Shown in pieces: positions 40,576-54,288 of a DNA stretch of 64,000 nucleotides (positions within the stretch are counted from its first letter, which is position 1; each line of letters starts with the position of its first letter). The stretch is from the human T2T-CHM13v2.0 reference genome, Homo sapiens. The DNA lies in NCBI RefSeq assembly GCF_009914755.1, contig NC_060941.1; one strand, written 5' to 3'. A model generated the notes under the pieces. The model saw nothing but the letters and a program-made list of their open reading frames with translations, was not told the DNA's origin and ran no database searches. Both the position numbers and the translations under genes were made by a program.

Positions 40576-43086
40576 AAGGCAGAGGCCCCTGTGGGCAGGG
40601 ACCCTGCAGGCCGGGACCCTGCAGGCCTCCAGCCTCGGCACAGCCTGAGCAGTGGCAGCGTGGCAGATGGGAACGTGCAGAAACATGCAGAAGCATGGCC
40701 CCTGGTTAATAAGATTAGGATGTTGAACGGCCGACATGTTCTCCGAGACTGGCTGTATGCCACAAATGGAGGGGACTGCGACCTTAATAGAATGCTGAAC
40801 TTTTGGAAAGTGGAGCAAAATGGAGAGAGTCAGAGTTGGGGACTGAGAGTCCCCCTCTCGGGCTGGAGGCCAGGGCTACTGGTGACCTGAGGGCTTCCGG
40901 GAGTTCAGAGTGGGGCATTTTCACTTCTGGATCCTAAAAGCCGGTGGGCCTGGATGGGACTCATTCCTTGGCGTCCTGTTACAGCAACAGGAATGACCAG
41001 CGCTCCTAAAGGCCCCCCACCTGGCCCTGAGACCTCCATCTCTGCCCACAGTCTGGCTGCGTCTCCTGGAAGGTTTTGTTTTTTAATGCTCCTGTCCTGG
41101 GGCTCTTCCTCTCTCTAGGCCTAGCACACACTTCCAGCCTGGGCATCAGGGAAATAACTCAAAACCATAACACGCTTTAAAAAATACACTAGCCAGCAAC
41201 TGCAACAACATTTGCTTTGCACAAACATTTCAAGAGAATTCCCCAGATAGTCTTGCTGTGGGGGAATTCTAGCCACCAGGAGAAAGCTGCCCAGGCCCTG
41301 GCGGGGCTTGGCTTCCCAGCGGTCCCTGGCCACCTTGAGGACAGGAGGCAAACAGGGACAGACAGCAGCAGAGGGGTTTGAGGCCACAACAGCATACAGA
41401 ATTTCCTGGCAGGATGTGTCATTAGAGCTCTCCTAGAGACGGCCCTTACCCCACCCTTTCCTTGACAGCCTAGGACACAGTGATGCCCACCTCTGAGCCT
41501 CCCATGCGTTATCTTAGGTGTTCACGAGATTGTCACGTGAATGCCGAAAGCCTGCCTGCCTCCCACGGAGCTGGGAGCTCTTGAGGACAATGTCTGCCAC
41601 GTAGCAGGGCATGGAAATCTTCCTGAGTGATTTGGGTGTTACCTGTGTGGAGCCGATGACCTTTCACGGTCCTTGCCTGCCTCGGGACCCCTGTTCTGTC
41701 AGGCTGTCCCCATGCTATCCCTCCCAGCCAGCCCATCACCTCAAAGAAGCGGGGCTGTCATGAGCCTGCACTGGCTGAGGCCATCATGAGAGCCCTCCTA
41801 AGGTGGAAGCGGAAGTCCTGGGTCCACCCCCTGCATGGCAGCCCCCACCCAGGTGCACTGCCACTCCTCCCCCTGGCCCCATGACTCAAGGAACTTTCCT
41901 GGGAGCTGGGAAAGCTGGGAAATATCTCAATTTAGGTCATGGCTATAATGGTACAGATATTTGTCAAAACTCACTGGACCATACTAAGACCTACGCATTT
42001 CATAGTATGTAAATTACCCTCAGTTTTTTAATTTAAAAAAGTTAACTCCTGGACCGAAAACAGATTTGAGCAAAAGCCACTGCCTCAGACCCCTAAGGCT
42101 TCCAATGGACCGCAGAGTCTTTTATTCAGCCAAAGTCAGCCAATGGAGCCCAAGCAATACGTTTGGGAAAAAAAGCAATCATCAATGTAATGATAAGGAA
42201 AGTGTCTCATACGTAGTACTAGGAGACCTGCCTCGGTGAGTTTCTACCAGCAGTGGCAGGAAGGCCAGAAGCCACCGGTGTCCACACAAAGCCTGGCTCT
42301 TTCCTCATCAGTTCTCTGGCAGTGAGGAGAGGGCAGGAGTAAACACGAAGCTCTAGAACAATGTCCTCTTCCCAGCCCCCCAGCTGGCTGCCTGGGTAAG
42401 GTGCCAGGTAGGGATGGACATTACATACACAAGGCTGGTGGTACTGAGGGGCCATCTCTGAAGGTGTGCACCTTACAGCAACACAGATGGGCACGGCCAA
42501 AGCTGCTCCCCTCCCCTCTGGAGCCAATGGCCACCCCAGCAGGGACTAAGCCAAAGCTTAGAGTCTGCCCAAGACCTCCCCAGGTTAAGAGAGGCTACTG
42601 CAGGACTCCAGGAGCTTCCCCACTCCCTCTGACAGCAACAAAGCCCTGGCCTTGGACCAGACCCCTAGAAGAGCAGATGTTAGGCAGATGTGCAGGAGGC
42701 TCCAGAAGGTTATGGTGGGAACAGCTGTGGGTGCTGAGGAGCAGACAAAAGCAGACAGGAGAGGAGCAGAATGGAGATTTACCTCTTTGGCAAGAGGCTC
42801 TTCTGACCACCGCTTGCCCTGCCTTTTGGCTGAGAACACAGACTGAGGCCTGGCAGAGAGAAGGCCTTGCTATGTAAGCCCAGGTTGACTCAGGGCCAGT
42901 TTTGGCCTTCAGTATGCTCTCCCTCAGGGATCCCGCCATGACATCTGCCTTCATAGGAACTCGTTTTCCTTTTGCGCTCCTTTGGGCAGCATTCTTACAA
43001 TCCAACAGAAGAATTCTGGCTCTTGTGGAGCTTCATGAAGGGGGAAGACCTCCCAAAACCAGTATGGCTCAACAAAGCGCCACCTG

Positions 43087-44201
43087 CCCACTCATCCATC
43101 CACCCATCTACATACCTACCCAACCACTCACCCATCCATCTACTCACACAGCCATCCTTCCACCCACCCATCCATCTACCCATTCACTCATCCATCCATC
43201 CATAAGCCTACCCATCCATCCACTCATCCATCCACTCACTCACCCATCCATCCACTTACCCATCCGTCTACTCATGCACCTATCCTTCCCCCCACCCCAT
43301 CTACCCATTCGCCCATCCATCCATGCATCTATCCATCCATCCATCCATAAGCCTACCCATCCATCCACTCATCCATCCACTCACTCACCCATCCATCCAC
43401 TTACCCATCCACCTACTCATGCAGCCATCCTTCCACCCACCCCATCTACCCATTCAGCCATCCAGCCATCCATCTGCCTACCCATCCATACACTCATCCA
43501 TCCACTCACCCACCCTTCCATCCACTTACCCATCCATCCACTCATGCACCCATCCTTCCACCCACCACATCTACCCATTCACTCATCCATCCATCCATCC
43601 ATCCATCCATCCATCCATATGGCTACCCATCCATCCACTCATCCATCCACTCACCCACCCATGCATCCACTCATGCACTCATCCTTCCACCTACCCATCC
43701 ACTTACTCATATGTCCACTCATATACCCATCCATCCACTCATACCCTCATCTACCCATCCATCCATCCACATTCCTACCCATCCATGTACTCACTCATCC
43801 ATCTACTCACTCATCTATCCACTTATCCATCCATCCATCCACCCACCCATCCATTCACTCATCCACCCACCCACCCATCCATCTACCCATTCACTCATCT
43901 ATTCATCCAATCATACATATACCTACTCATATATCCATTCATCCATCCATTCACATATCCATTCACCCGCCCATCCAACCACCCACCCATCTACCATCCA
44001 TTTATTCATCCACTATTCATTCATGCACTCATCCATCCACGCATCCAACCTTCCATCCATCTATATATTCATCCATCCATCCATCCATCCACTATTCATT
44101 CATTCACTCATCCATCCATGCATCCAACCTTCCATCCATCTATATATTCATCCATCCATCCATCTACCCACTCACCCATCCACCATCCATTCATTCATCC
44201 A
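43087..44201. repeat. ~1.1-kb complex (CCAT/CACT/CCAC/CATT)n satellite
   Basis: Directly visible, with internal block duplications. Confidence 0.97.
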
Positions 44202-44299
44202 CAAAGAAACCCCAATGAGAGGGGGTGAGAAGGCCCACAACAGGGGCAGGGTTTGGAGGTCAGTACTACAAAGCCTGAAATGTGAGGTACCTACAAGTC

Positions 44300-44510
44300 T
44301 GGGCTTGGGTATCAGATAATCCTGGATCAAAATCCTGGCTCCCTTGTCACTATCTTCGGGCAAGTTACTTAACCTTTCTCAACTTCAGTTTAATCACCTA
44401 TAAAATGGGGCAATAATAACTTTCTCATTGGGTTACCATAAGAAACAGATGAGACCGTGTATCCAGAATGCTTGCTCTGGTGGCAGGTACATAGTTAGCA
44501 TTTGATATAC
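44300..44510 (+). mobile_element. MIR
   Basis: GGGCAAGTTACTTAACCTTTCTC...CAGTTT...CCTATAAAATGGGG. Confidence 0.8.
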
Positions 44511-44589
44511 AGTGGTGGCCATTATCCGCATCATCATCAGAATTGGCCACCCTCCACACCAACAAAAGAGTATGCATTAATGGGGCTCT

Positions 44590-45330
<741 letters not shown>

Positions 45331-46769
45331 ACCTTCCCCCTTCAATTTCCCCATCCCCCTTCTCCTTTTCCCGTATCAAAAGACATTGATTATGAAACGT
45401 CTAGTTCTGTCTCCCTTACAAACCAGAAAAGGAAAGACTTCTGCAAGAGATCCTGTGAAGCCTCAACTTCCCTGCCTGCAGCCCCTGCCTGTTCCCTGGA
45501 AACAGGAAGTGACAGTGAAGCCCAGGAAGAATGACGTTGAGGGCAGGTGGGCCAGGCTTGGAGATGCAGACACCCGTGCTAGGGACACGTTCGCTTGTGT
45601 GCCTGTCTACTTAAGTACTTTTAATTCAAGGTAACCCAATTTTCAGCATCTCCAGGGAGTGGGCTCTCAGACGTGGGAAGTATGAGAATTTGCTGTGGAA
45701 ATCACTGCCGAGGGGAGATTAGGGCTTCCGTGAAGGGTGCGGAGCTCTTTCCTGCAAGACCATTAGGGATTCCGCACAGCGCACGTGGCGTAAATCACTT
45801 CCTATTCAGGCCTGCTGATGAGGGGCTCAAAGGTCGATTTTCCATGGTTATGACAACAAAAACTAAAACTGGATCAAACCCGAAAGCTATTATCTTCCTC
45901 CGAGCCGCTAAATGCTCAAGAGTAATGAGGTTGGTTGAGCAATACACTCCAGCCTGCTTGCAGGCTGCGGGGAAGACAGACAGGCCCATTCACTGGGCGG
46001 GCTCAGCCGCCCTGCCACACCTCCACATGTCCAGCGGAAGGTCCCAGACCCTTCATCTCGCTGGCCAGAGAGGCTGGTTGTCTGCAGCCCTCAGGCCCTT
46101 CTTCCTGCCTGTAAAAGCCTCACAGCTACCAAAGAAGAGATGTCCAACAGCTCCAGGAAACCTGAGTCACTGGGGTTGGTGGGGGAGGCCACTTTTGTTC
46201 CCGAGTCCCACCCCCTGCCTCCTCCTTGTCATTATGACAGCCACAGGTTTGAACCTGCAAGAGCCGAGGGGCTAAGGATTTGTTCCAGCTGGGCCCCTCC
46301 CTCTGAGGAATCCTGGCCTCTCACTGTGGCAGACGCCATGCCAATACCTGGAATTTGCATAATGTGCCCTTCTCCTTATACATTATTGATTTGCATTCCA
46401 TGCACACACATGCCCCGCCTGGAACCCATCCTTCAAAGCCTCACTGTCAATAGGCTTCAAATTAGACCCATCATCTCAGGTTATACAGTATTTAACAACT
46501 GACCTGTCCCACAACTTGGAGTTATTCTTAGAAACTGCCCTGCCTTATCTCAAGAGAAAGAGAAGAGGGAAAACGGGGGAGATATTTAAAGCCAGAAGTA
46601 TCCCTCCAGAATTGATTTTGTTCTCTAAATTATGTGACAGCCATTTATTAAAATGGTGGATGGGGCATGTTGGCAAAGCTGGGGACACGCTGGCAGCACC
46701 CGGCCAGGGTGAAGTGGACAGATCCTGGAGAAATATCTGAGAACCCTGGTCATTGCCACACTCACAGGC

Positions 46770-47255
46770 CACGTGACCACTAAGCAGGTCCCACTGAGCC
46801 TTGATATAAGCCTCAATGTGCTCATCTGAAAAATGGGGCTAATATAACCTATTTACAGGGTCTGGAGAGAGTGGAGTGAGATTAGTTACATGAAAGGGCT
46901 TTGAAAACATTAAACTATATTCTGATACATGAGTGAACCTTGAAAACATTAGGCTAAATGAAATAAGACAGACACAAAAGGACTAATACTCCACTCATGG
47001 GAAGAACCTAGAATAGCCAAATTCATAGAGAAGGAAAATAGGGTGGTGGGGTGCCAGGGATGGCAGGGAGGGGGAAGGGGAGTTGGTGTTTAATGGAGAC
47101 AGACTTTCCATGGGGAAAAATGACAAAGTTCTACAGATGGAAGGTGGTGATGGCCACACCACAAGGTGTGTTCACTTAATGTCACTGAACGGGCCACTTT
47201 AAAATCATCAAGATGGTAAATTTTATGTTATGCATATTTTACCACAGTAAAAAAT
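46770..47255 (+). mobile_element. MIR fragment (~46770-46900) followed by L1MB-like 3' end (~46920-47255)
   Basis: CTCATCTGAAAAATGGGG; GAACCTTGAAAACATT...CAAATTCATAGAG...GGTAAATTTTATGTTATGCATATTTTACCAC. Confidence 0.78.
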
Positions 47256-47649
47256 GTAATGTTTCACCATGATACAACTGTGCAGTGATGTGATGTCAGT
47301 TCCTGTGTCTTTCAGGAACATTTATCTCATGCCCCCAGCCTGGAACTGGAACCCTGCTTGGGCAGAGGGAGCAGCTCCAATCTTGCCTTTGAACTGGAGA
47401 AAAACGGGGTTCCATTCCTTGCTGTTGCCTCTTCGGCCTTTACCACGACTCACTCATGCCGTGGAAAAGCATGGATTCTGCTCCTCGGCACAGATCCAGA
47501 GTTTGAGAGAGGAGGCCCGGCCTCCCCACTCCCTGTCCACGGGGTTCCAGCAGGCTTGCAAGGAGGGGGACCCTGCCGCCACCACCCTGGCCAACCTCCT
47601 CCAGCCTTTCACAGAGAACCCTTTCAAAGTCCTGTCCCGATCAGCTCAG

Positions 47650-47975
47650 GACCCCATAACAATATCACAGACTGGGGACCTTAAACAAGAGACAGGTATT
47701 TCCCACAGTTCTGCAGGCTGGGAGTCCGAGATCAGGGAGCAGCGTGGTCGGGTTTTGTGGAGGGCTTTTCCGTGCTTACAGACAGATGCCTGTTCCCTGC
47801 ATCCTCATGTGGAAGAGAGAGGGGAGAGAACAGGCTCCCTGGTGTCTCCTGCTATAAGGGCACTGATCCCATCACAACGGCCCCACCTCCTGACCTCACT
47901 TGACCCTGATCACCTCACAAGGCTTTGTCTACAGATACCATTCCACAGGGGCTTAGGGGTTCACCATATGCATGG
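47650..47975 (-). mobile_element. MLT1A/B-like LTR
   Basis: CATAACAATATCACAGACTGGG...CACAGTTCTGCAGGCTGGGAGTCCGAGATCA...CCCCACCTCCTGACCTCA. Confidence 0.72.
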
Positions 47976-48114
47976 GGCGCCCAATTCAGGCAGCAGACCC
48001 TTCAGATTAGATCTGCAGCAAACAAGCCAGTCTCCCTCTGCCCCGGAGCTGGCACAGCCACCCAAAAGCGTCTGCTAACACATGGGATTTTACATGTTCT
48101 AGGAGCCATATTTT

Positions 48115-48330
48115 AAAAAATTGAAAACAAGCAAAAGTAATTTTCATGATATGTGTATTTAACGTAATATATTCACACTATTATCATTTTGACATGTAAT
48201 CAATACAGGGACTATCAATGGGAGATTGCTCATCCTCTGCCTCGCACGTGGTCTTTGGTACCCCATGTGTGTTTTAGACACTCGGCCAGCCTGTCTCCAC
48301 CCAAACTCCCACATCTCCAGCTCCACGGCT
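48115..48330. mobile_element. MER3/MER33-like hAT remnant
   Basis: AT-rich ATTATCATTTTGACATGTAATCAATA typical of these elements. Confidence 0.5.
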
Positions 48331-48707
48331 GCGTGTGGCTCGGGGCTGCCACACTGCACGGTGCAGGTGAGGGATCCCTCCATGTCCTGCAGCCCCACAA
48401 CCAAGGGACATGGGGCCCCACTATGGTTGTAGGGGTCCACTGGGAGGGGAAGAGAAGCCGGTTCCCAGGAGCTGATTGTCTTCTGCCCGGCTCTCCTACA
48501 CAGGCTCTAAAGCCACAGCTCCTCCACACCAGCCACCATCTGAAGGAGGGTGTTTGCCTGATGGAATCCAGAGGGGTGCAGAGCTCACAGGGGCTCCTGG
48601 ACCAGGACGGGGATGCAAAACCCTTCCTCCCGACTTAGACTCCAGCGGAGCTTGTGCACACCCACCTTCCAGACTCCAGTCAAGGAAATGGGAAGGTGGG
48701 TGGGCGG

Positions 48708-48773
48708 GGTGGCAGGGTGCTCCAGGTGGCAGGGTGCTCCAGGTGGCAGGGTGCTCCAGGTGGCAGGGTGCTC
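48708..48773. repeat. 17-bp minisatellite GGTGGCAGGGTGCTCCA x ~3.9
   Basis: Copies start at 48708, 48725, 48742 and 48759. Confidence 0.95.
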
Positions 48774-49087
48774 ACCTCGAGCTCCTGAGCACCGTCCCCT
48801 GAGAGAGTTCCTGTGACCAAAGACATCACCTGCTTAGGCAGAGGGAGCAGCCACCCCAATCAGGGCTTGCCCACATGCAACCGTTCAGTCGCGTAAGCGT
48901 TTGTGACATTGGCATGTACCCCAATCAAAACCTGGCATAGCAGGAGCCGCCGTAACAAAGCCGTTGGCAGCAGATATTTAAAACTCCTAGCTTCTCCCTC
49001 GCCGAGTCAGAGATCGGCCATGGGACGCTTCCCTCCCACCCAGAGTAGCTCGCTCACTAGCAATGTGGCACATTTCTTTACAACACA

Positions 49088-49568
49088 GCATTAGTTTCCT
49101 CCTGTTCCTGCAACAAATGACCACAAATAGAGTCGCTCAAAGCAACAGAAGCTTCTTCTCTCACTGAGGGAGACCAGATGTCCAAAGCCAGTTCCCTAGT
49201 TGAAGTCAAGATGTGAGCATGGCCGAGCTCCCTCCAGAGGCTCCAGGAGAGAAGCGTTGCCTGCCTCTTCCAGCCTCTGGGGCTGCAGCAACTCTCTGGC
49301 TTGTGGCTGCATCGCTCCAGTCTCTGCTTCTGTGGTCACATGGCCTTCTCTTTTGTCTGTGTCAAATCTCCTTCTGCCTCTCCTTTATAAGGACATTGGT
49401 GATTACATTTAGGGCCCGCCTGGATAATCCAGCACCATCTCCCCAGCTCAAGATCCTTCACTTCATCACACCTACAAAGTCTGCCTTTGACATATAAAGT
49501 AACATCCATCGGCTCTGCAGATTAGGGCATGACTATCTTTTGGGGGCCCTTATTCAGCCAACCACAGA
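49088..49568 (-). mobile_element. MLT1C/D-like LTR
   Basis: CATTAGTTTCCT...CAAATGACCACAAA...GGACATTGGTGATTACATTTAGGGCCC...TATTCAGCCAACCACA. Confidence 0.8.
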
Positions 49569-49899
49569 TATGCACTAAAAACATATACAGATGCGGACGT
49601 GCGTGAGGGATGAGATGGTGAGATGAGATCGGTTCACTCCCTGGTGATGAGGCCTGGTGATGTGGCCATTTGCCACAAGAAAATGGTTCTTGGGGAGATT
49701 CTAGCATTGCCTAGTGAGAGCTGGCACCCAATAAGGTAAAGCACCCACTGGCCGGCCAGCTGCTCTGAGCATCCCCAAAGCTCAGGCATCTGAGGCCCAG
49801 GGCAGGCAGAGAAGTTCACAAGGAGATGCCACCCAGAAGCTGCTTAAGTGGAACAGTGGGAGGATTAGACTCTGGCACCACAAAGGAACTCTATCAGCT

Positions 49900-50310
49900 A
49901 TTAGCACCACCATCATGATCGCTTCAGAAGAGGATCTACAGAAGACCCCGCCCAGGCCCACCACACCCCCGCTTTAAACATTTCAGTGTACGCAGCCCCA
50001 TCCCACTGCCAGCACCTGCCTGGGGTCCAGAGTACCCCTGGAGCAGCCTCAGTCCACGAACAACAGAGGTGGGTGTATAAATACCCCAGCTCCCTCTCCC
50101 CTGGGCTGGAGACCCCTAAGCTGTGTGTCCTACACTTGCCTTCAGGGTCCCCAGTGGGATTCAGCTTCACTTGCCCGCAGCAGACCCTGGGCTGCCTCTC
50201 TTCCCTGTCCCACCTCCCCAGCTCCTCTTCCGTCTCCTTCACCTCCCCCAGTGCTTGCCCTTAGATACTGATCGCGGAGTCTGCTTCTGGGAAAAGCCAA
50301 ACTGAGACAT
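49900..50310 (+). mobile_element. LTR16-like ERVL LTR
   Basis: GGGTGTATAAATACCCCAGCTCCCTC...CCCAGTGGGATT...GTCTGCTTCTGGGAAAAGCCAAACTGAGACA. Confidence 0.6.
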
Positions 50311-50519
50311 GGGCACTGTCAGAGCACCAAGGAGGTACTACCACCAGCTCAGGAATGGGAGCAAAAGCAGAGGTGTATGAGCCTGGAGGTGTCTGGGATG
50401 AAGGTCAAAGGGGAAGTGAAGAGGTAGCTGGTGAGACAGTGCTGCACTGCTCTGATGGTCCCCACACCGCACGCCTCTAAGGGCAGACATTTTGACCGTG
50501 ATATTGATCTCTATCGCTG

Positions 50520-50720
50520 CTATTAAGTGCTTGATGCTGTAAACACTAGGCACGATGCTGAATGCATAGCCTGCATATTTCACTGAATCCAGGCAACCAA
50601 GGTGGGGTCTGGCATGGCCCCTATGTTATAGCTGAGGAAGCAAAGGCTAAGAGCATAACTGGCCCAAGGTCACAGCCCTCCTAAGTGGCTACAGGTGGAT
50701 TCAAGCCTGGACGCCTCCCC
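50520..50720 (-). mobile_element. MIR
   Basis: TTATAGCTGAGGAAGCAAAGGCT...ACTGGCCCAAGGTCACA...GGATTCAAGCC. Confidence 0.65.
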
Positions 50721-53676
50721 CTTCCCTTACTCCCATATGCACCAAACACATAGATGCTTATGGCAAACGTTTTAAAGTTCCCAGGCTAAGAATAACAGAG
50801 AAGTAAGCGTTTGAGGAAGAGTAAGGGAAAGCCAGAAGAGAGATGAGGAAATTGATACCACATCCCTGTGGACCTTGCTTCGCAAAGGGAATGCCCCCGG
50901 ACATCTCCACTTCTAGACTTTCCTCCATCAGAGCCAGAAAAGGGAGGAGGGAGTGCCAGGAGGAGGGTCCAGAAGGGGTGGGGAGGGACTTGAGGGGGCC
51001 AGTTTCCTGCCTGGCTTGGCTGTGTGGCTCTTCTTGAGAAGCAGCAAAGGTACACGGACTCGGCTCATCCTTGGCTCCCACGATCACTGCATCACGCATG
51101 GGGAAATTCAAGGCGATGCCGAGCGGCCATCTGTCTGTTGTGGGGAGCTGGGCCAGAGGCTGCGCTGGGTGACCTCCACACTCCCAGCCCCCTCTTAGAT
51201 TCTAAATATTGTCAGATGTCCCAAGAGGAGTGCTCCAGTGGCCCCCTACCTTCCTGCAGCACTGCCCCGGGCCACAGAGCCTCTCAGGCCATGACCGGGG
51301 AGCTGGACCCCAGATGGCGAGGAAAGAGCCAAGGAAGCCAATTGCCGCGGCCAGGCCTGGGGACTGGAGTGCTGAGCGGGCCAGCCCCTTCACCCTGTTC
51401 TGTTTGTCAGAGGTTGGAAGCTGGGGCCAAGGTGGGCTCAGTGAGTCTGGATGGGAGACAGGACCAAAGCACCGAGGAGAAACGAATCAGGATGGGGGCC
51501 GCAGAGGAGCGGCGGCCGCTTCCGGCAGAACATGGAATCCTGACGCAGCCCAGCTGGGAAGCTGGAACCCTTCTCCAGTGCCCCCACGATCCAGAGGATG
51601 GGAAGTTCTAGAGACAAAGCCTCTAACCCAGTCACCACAGGAGGCCTGCGCAGATGTGGCCTAGGATGGGTACTCTGGGTTGTTGCGGGCTGGCAAGCAT
51701 CTGCCTGAGAAATCGGGATCCACCCTCAGGAGGCAGCTGGAGCCCGTTGGTGGAATCTGATGCTGCCTGGGAGCCCTGGGGGCAGGAGAGCGGAGGAGCC
51801 TGGCCGGAGGGCCTGGTGGTGATGGCAGACCCCCGGGGGAGGCTGGAGACACAGCCCCATTCTCCACACCCTGCAGCAGACCAAGCGGTGCTCCATCCCG
51901 CCTGCTTCTTATCAGACACCACTGGGTACCTCTGCCATCCCATCAGACACAACCGCCAGGGCCTCAGAGCACTGGCTGCGCCCACACCACCTGCCACTCA
52001 GGTGTTTTAAATGGGGCAGTCACCCCCTGAAGACCCCTGTCTCCTCTCAGCAGTATAGGCCTAAGCAGGGCCCGAGACTTATAATTCTGAGGTTGGCGGG
52101 CCTAAATTTGGCGTCCATGGGGGCGCCACAATGGGGCTCCTGCTTGGCAGTCCCCGCCCCACATGTCAGGTGCCCGCGGGATGCTGGGTGGGTTCTCGTC
52201 AACTCCATTCTCAGCCCCAGGGTGGAGACGGGGAAGGGTGGGCAGTCCTACTCCCCTGCCATTGTCCAGTCCATATCCCAGGTCAAAAGAGATTCAGAAG
52301 AAACAGAAGCCCTCCCCTCTCCTCAGACAAGAGCCCCCATGTCAGACAAGCCACAGCTGGTACTGCCACTCAGAGACATTGGCCACATCTTGCATCCTCA
52401 GGAGATGTCCATGAGGTCTCTTCACTGATAATGAGACCCTTCTAGAAGTTTCCAGAGACTTCTCTAATGACCACCCCAAAGGGAGAGTCTCCTCTCTCCT
52501 TTACAGGTGAGAGAACCAAGGCACGCACCAATGAGGTTGCACAGAGCAGGCCAGGAAAACCCACCCTGGGGAAGCTGAGCCTTCCTGGGCCTGGGCAGCC
52601 CATCACAGTGACAGGGCCAGTGAGGGGGCCACACACTCCAGCATCTGCCACCAGAATCCTTCACCAGACAGCTTTTCTCTAGCTCTTCCCACCAAAGACC
52701 TGAATGGGGCTTAGGAACATGGATGCTGTTGAGGACACAAGTCAGGGTCTGGCCCGTGGATTTAGGAGCCTCAATGGGACCGATTTGTAAACTGCCTGGT
52801 AACATGGAAAACACCAGCAGACTCCAGAGGCCACGGTGAAACCGGGGCAGAAAGGAAATCCCTGCATGAAAATGACGGCAGCCCCTGCGCTCGCTGGCCT
52901 TCTAGAAAAGCCCACCCGGTGGGCCGCTGGGAAGAGCAGGTGCCATGGAGGCCAGCGTCAGCTCCCCGAGAGGGGGTTCCTCCAGCACAGGGGCCTTCCG
53001 GAGGGAGGCTTAGTGGCTGGTGACCCAGTGCTGCCACCCCAGCCACATTGCTCCCTGGAGGTTTGCCAACATTGGGGGCGTCCTGAGCCGCCAGCCCAGC
53101 CCGACCTCCTCCGCCTGCCTGCCCGAGGCTGGGCCGCCGCCCACCGCCTCCCTGACCGCCCGAGGCCGCCCACTGCCTCCCTTGTTGTTATTCTTCTCAG
53201 TGCCTCCCTCCTCTCTCTGCTCCCCGCACCCCCACAGGCCTCTGCAGCACCGCGCTGGCTCGGCCGAAGCTGACTGGAGTTTTAATGACTCATCTGGGGT
53301 TGGGGTGGGCGCTCCGGCCCCAGGTCCACCTGCTGGATCCTTGCCAGCCAGCGTCCTCTGCCCCAGCAAGGGAAGCTTCGGGCTGTGCACAGCCCCCTCG
53401 CTGGGAGATTTGGAGAGCCCACCCGGTATACCGTGCACACCCCACACTCCGCACACCCCACACACCCCGCACACCCCACACACCTGCTGCTGCCAGCACA
53501 GCCATGTGTCCCCAGGGCAGAGGGCTGAGGCGGGCGGCAGGCGTCCATGCGAGGTGCCCCTGGCTGCATCCCTCGGCTTCTACAGGGCACACCAAAGCCA
53601 AGGACTTCTTGCATCACAGATTTTAAAACTTCTCCTGCAGCCTCAGACCACACCCCCAGTCCACATCAGGCTCTCA

Positions 53677-54288
53677 ACCTCACCTGCAGGTCAGAAACAC
53701 CTGGGGGGCTTGGAGCCTGACCCACGTCCGGGCCCCCCGAAGGCTGACGAAGTCAGAGCCCAGGGCAGGCAGACACTAGTATTGTAACAGCGTTCCAGCT
53801 GGTTCTTTGGCCGGTCTGAATGACCCAGCCCCAGGGCCCCGGCCCTGGGGTCTAAATCAACCACTGCCCCCATGAGGTTGTGGAGGGATCCGGGCAAGGG
53901 GCTGCAGAGCCGGGACACAGCAGGAGGACAGCGGGGTCCCCAAAGCGGCCTGGTCGATAGGAGCGCCAGAGCCGGTGTTTCAGCGTGGGTAGCTGTCTCT
54001 CTCCAGGACGCTGGAGCTACGGAGGCTACACAAACGGACAAGAAGAGAAGGGCCCTGGTCCTCCCCACACCCCCTCCAGCCCCAGAGCACATAGCTCAGC
54101 AAAGCCAGGGGCCCAGGCTCCCACTCTGCGGGTATATTTGTTCACTGTGACCTCACCTGCAGGTCCAGAAACACTTGGGGAGCTTGGAAACTGACCGATG
54201 CTCAGGCCGACGGAGTCTGAGTCCAGGGCAGGCAGGCACTTGTATCGTAACAGCGTTCTAGCTGGTTCTCCGGCTGGTCTAAATGGCC
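53677..54288. repeat. Diverged direct duplication (53677-53825 and 54150-54288) of a MER5-like segment
   Basis: Shared ACCTCACCTGCAGGTC, CAGGGCAGGCAG and GTAACAGCGTTC.AGCTGGTTCT. Confidence 0.85.

Noticed and set aside
40598-40627. 15-bp tandem duplication GGGACCCTGCAGGCC x2
   Set aside because: Ordinary slippage-scale duplication with no further structure.
42902-44319. 438/301/202-aa His/Pro-rich ORFs
   Set aside because: Artefacts of the (CCAT)n satellite.
53435-53485. CGVCGVCG / PHTPHT motif suggesting a metal-binding peptide
   Set aside because: A 9-bp simple repeat (CACACCCCR); no coding context.
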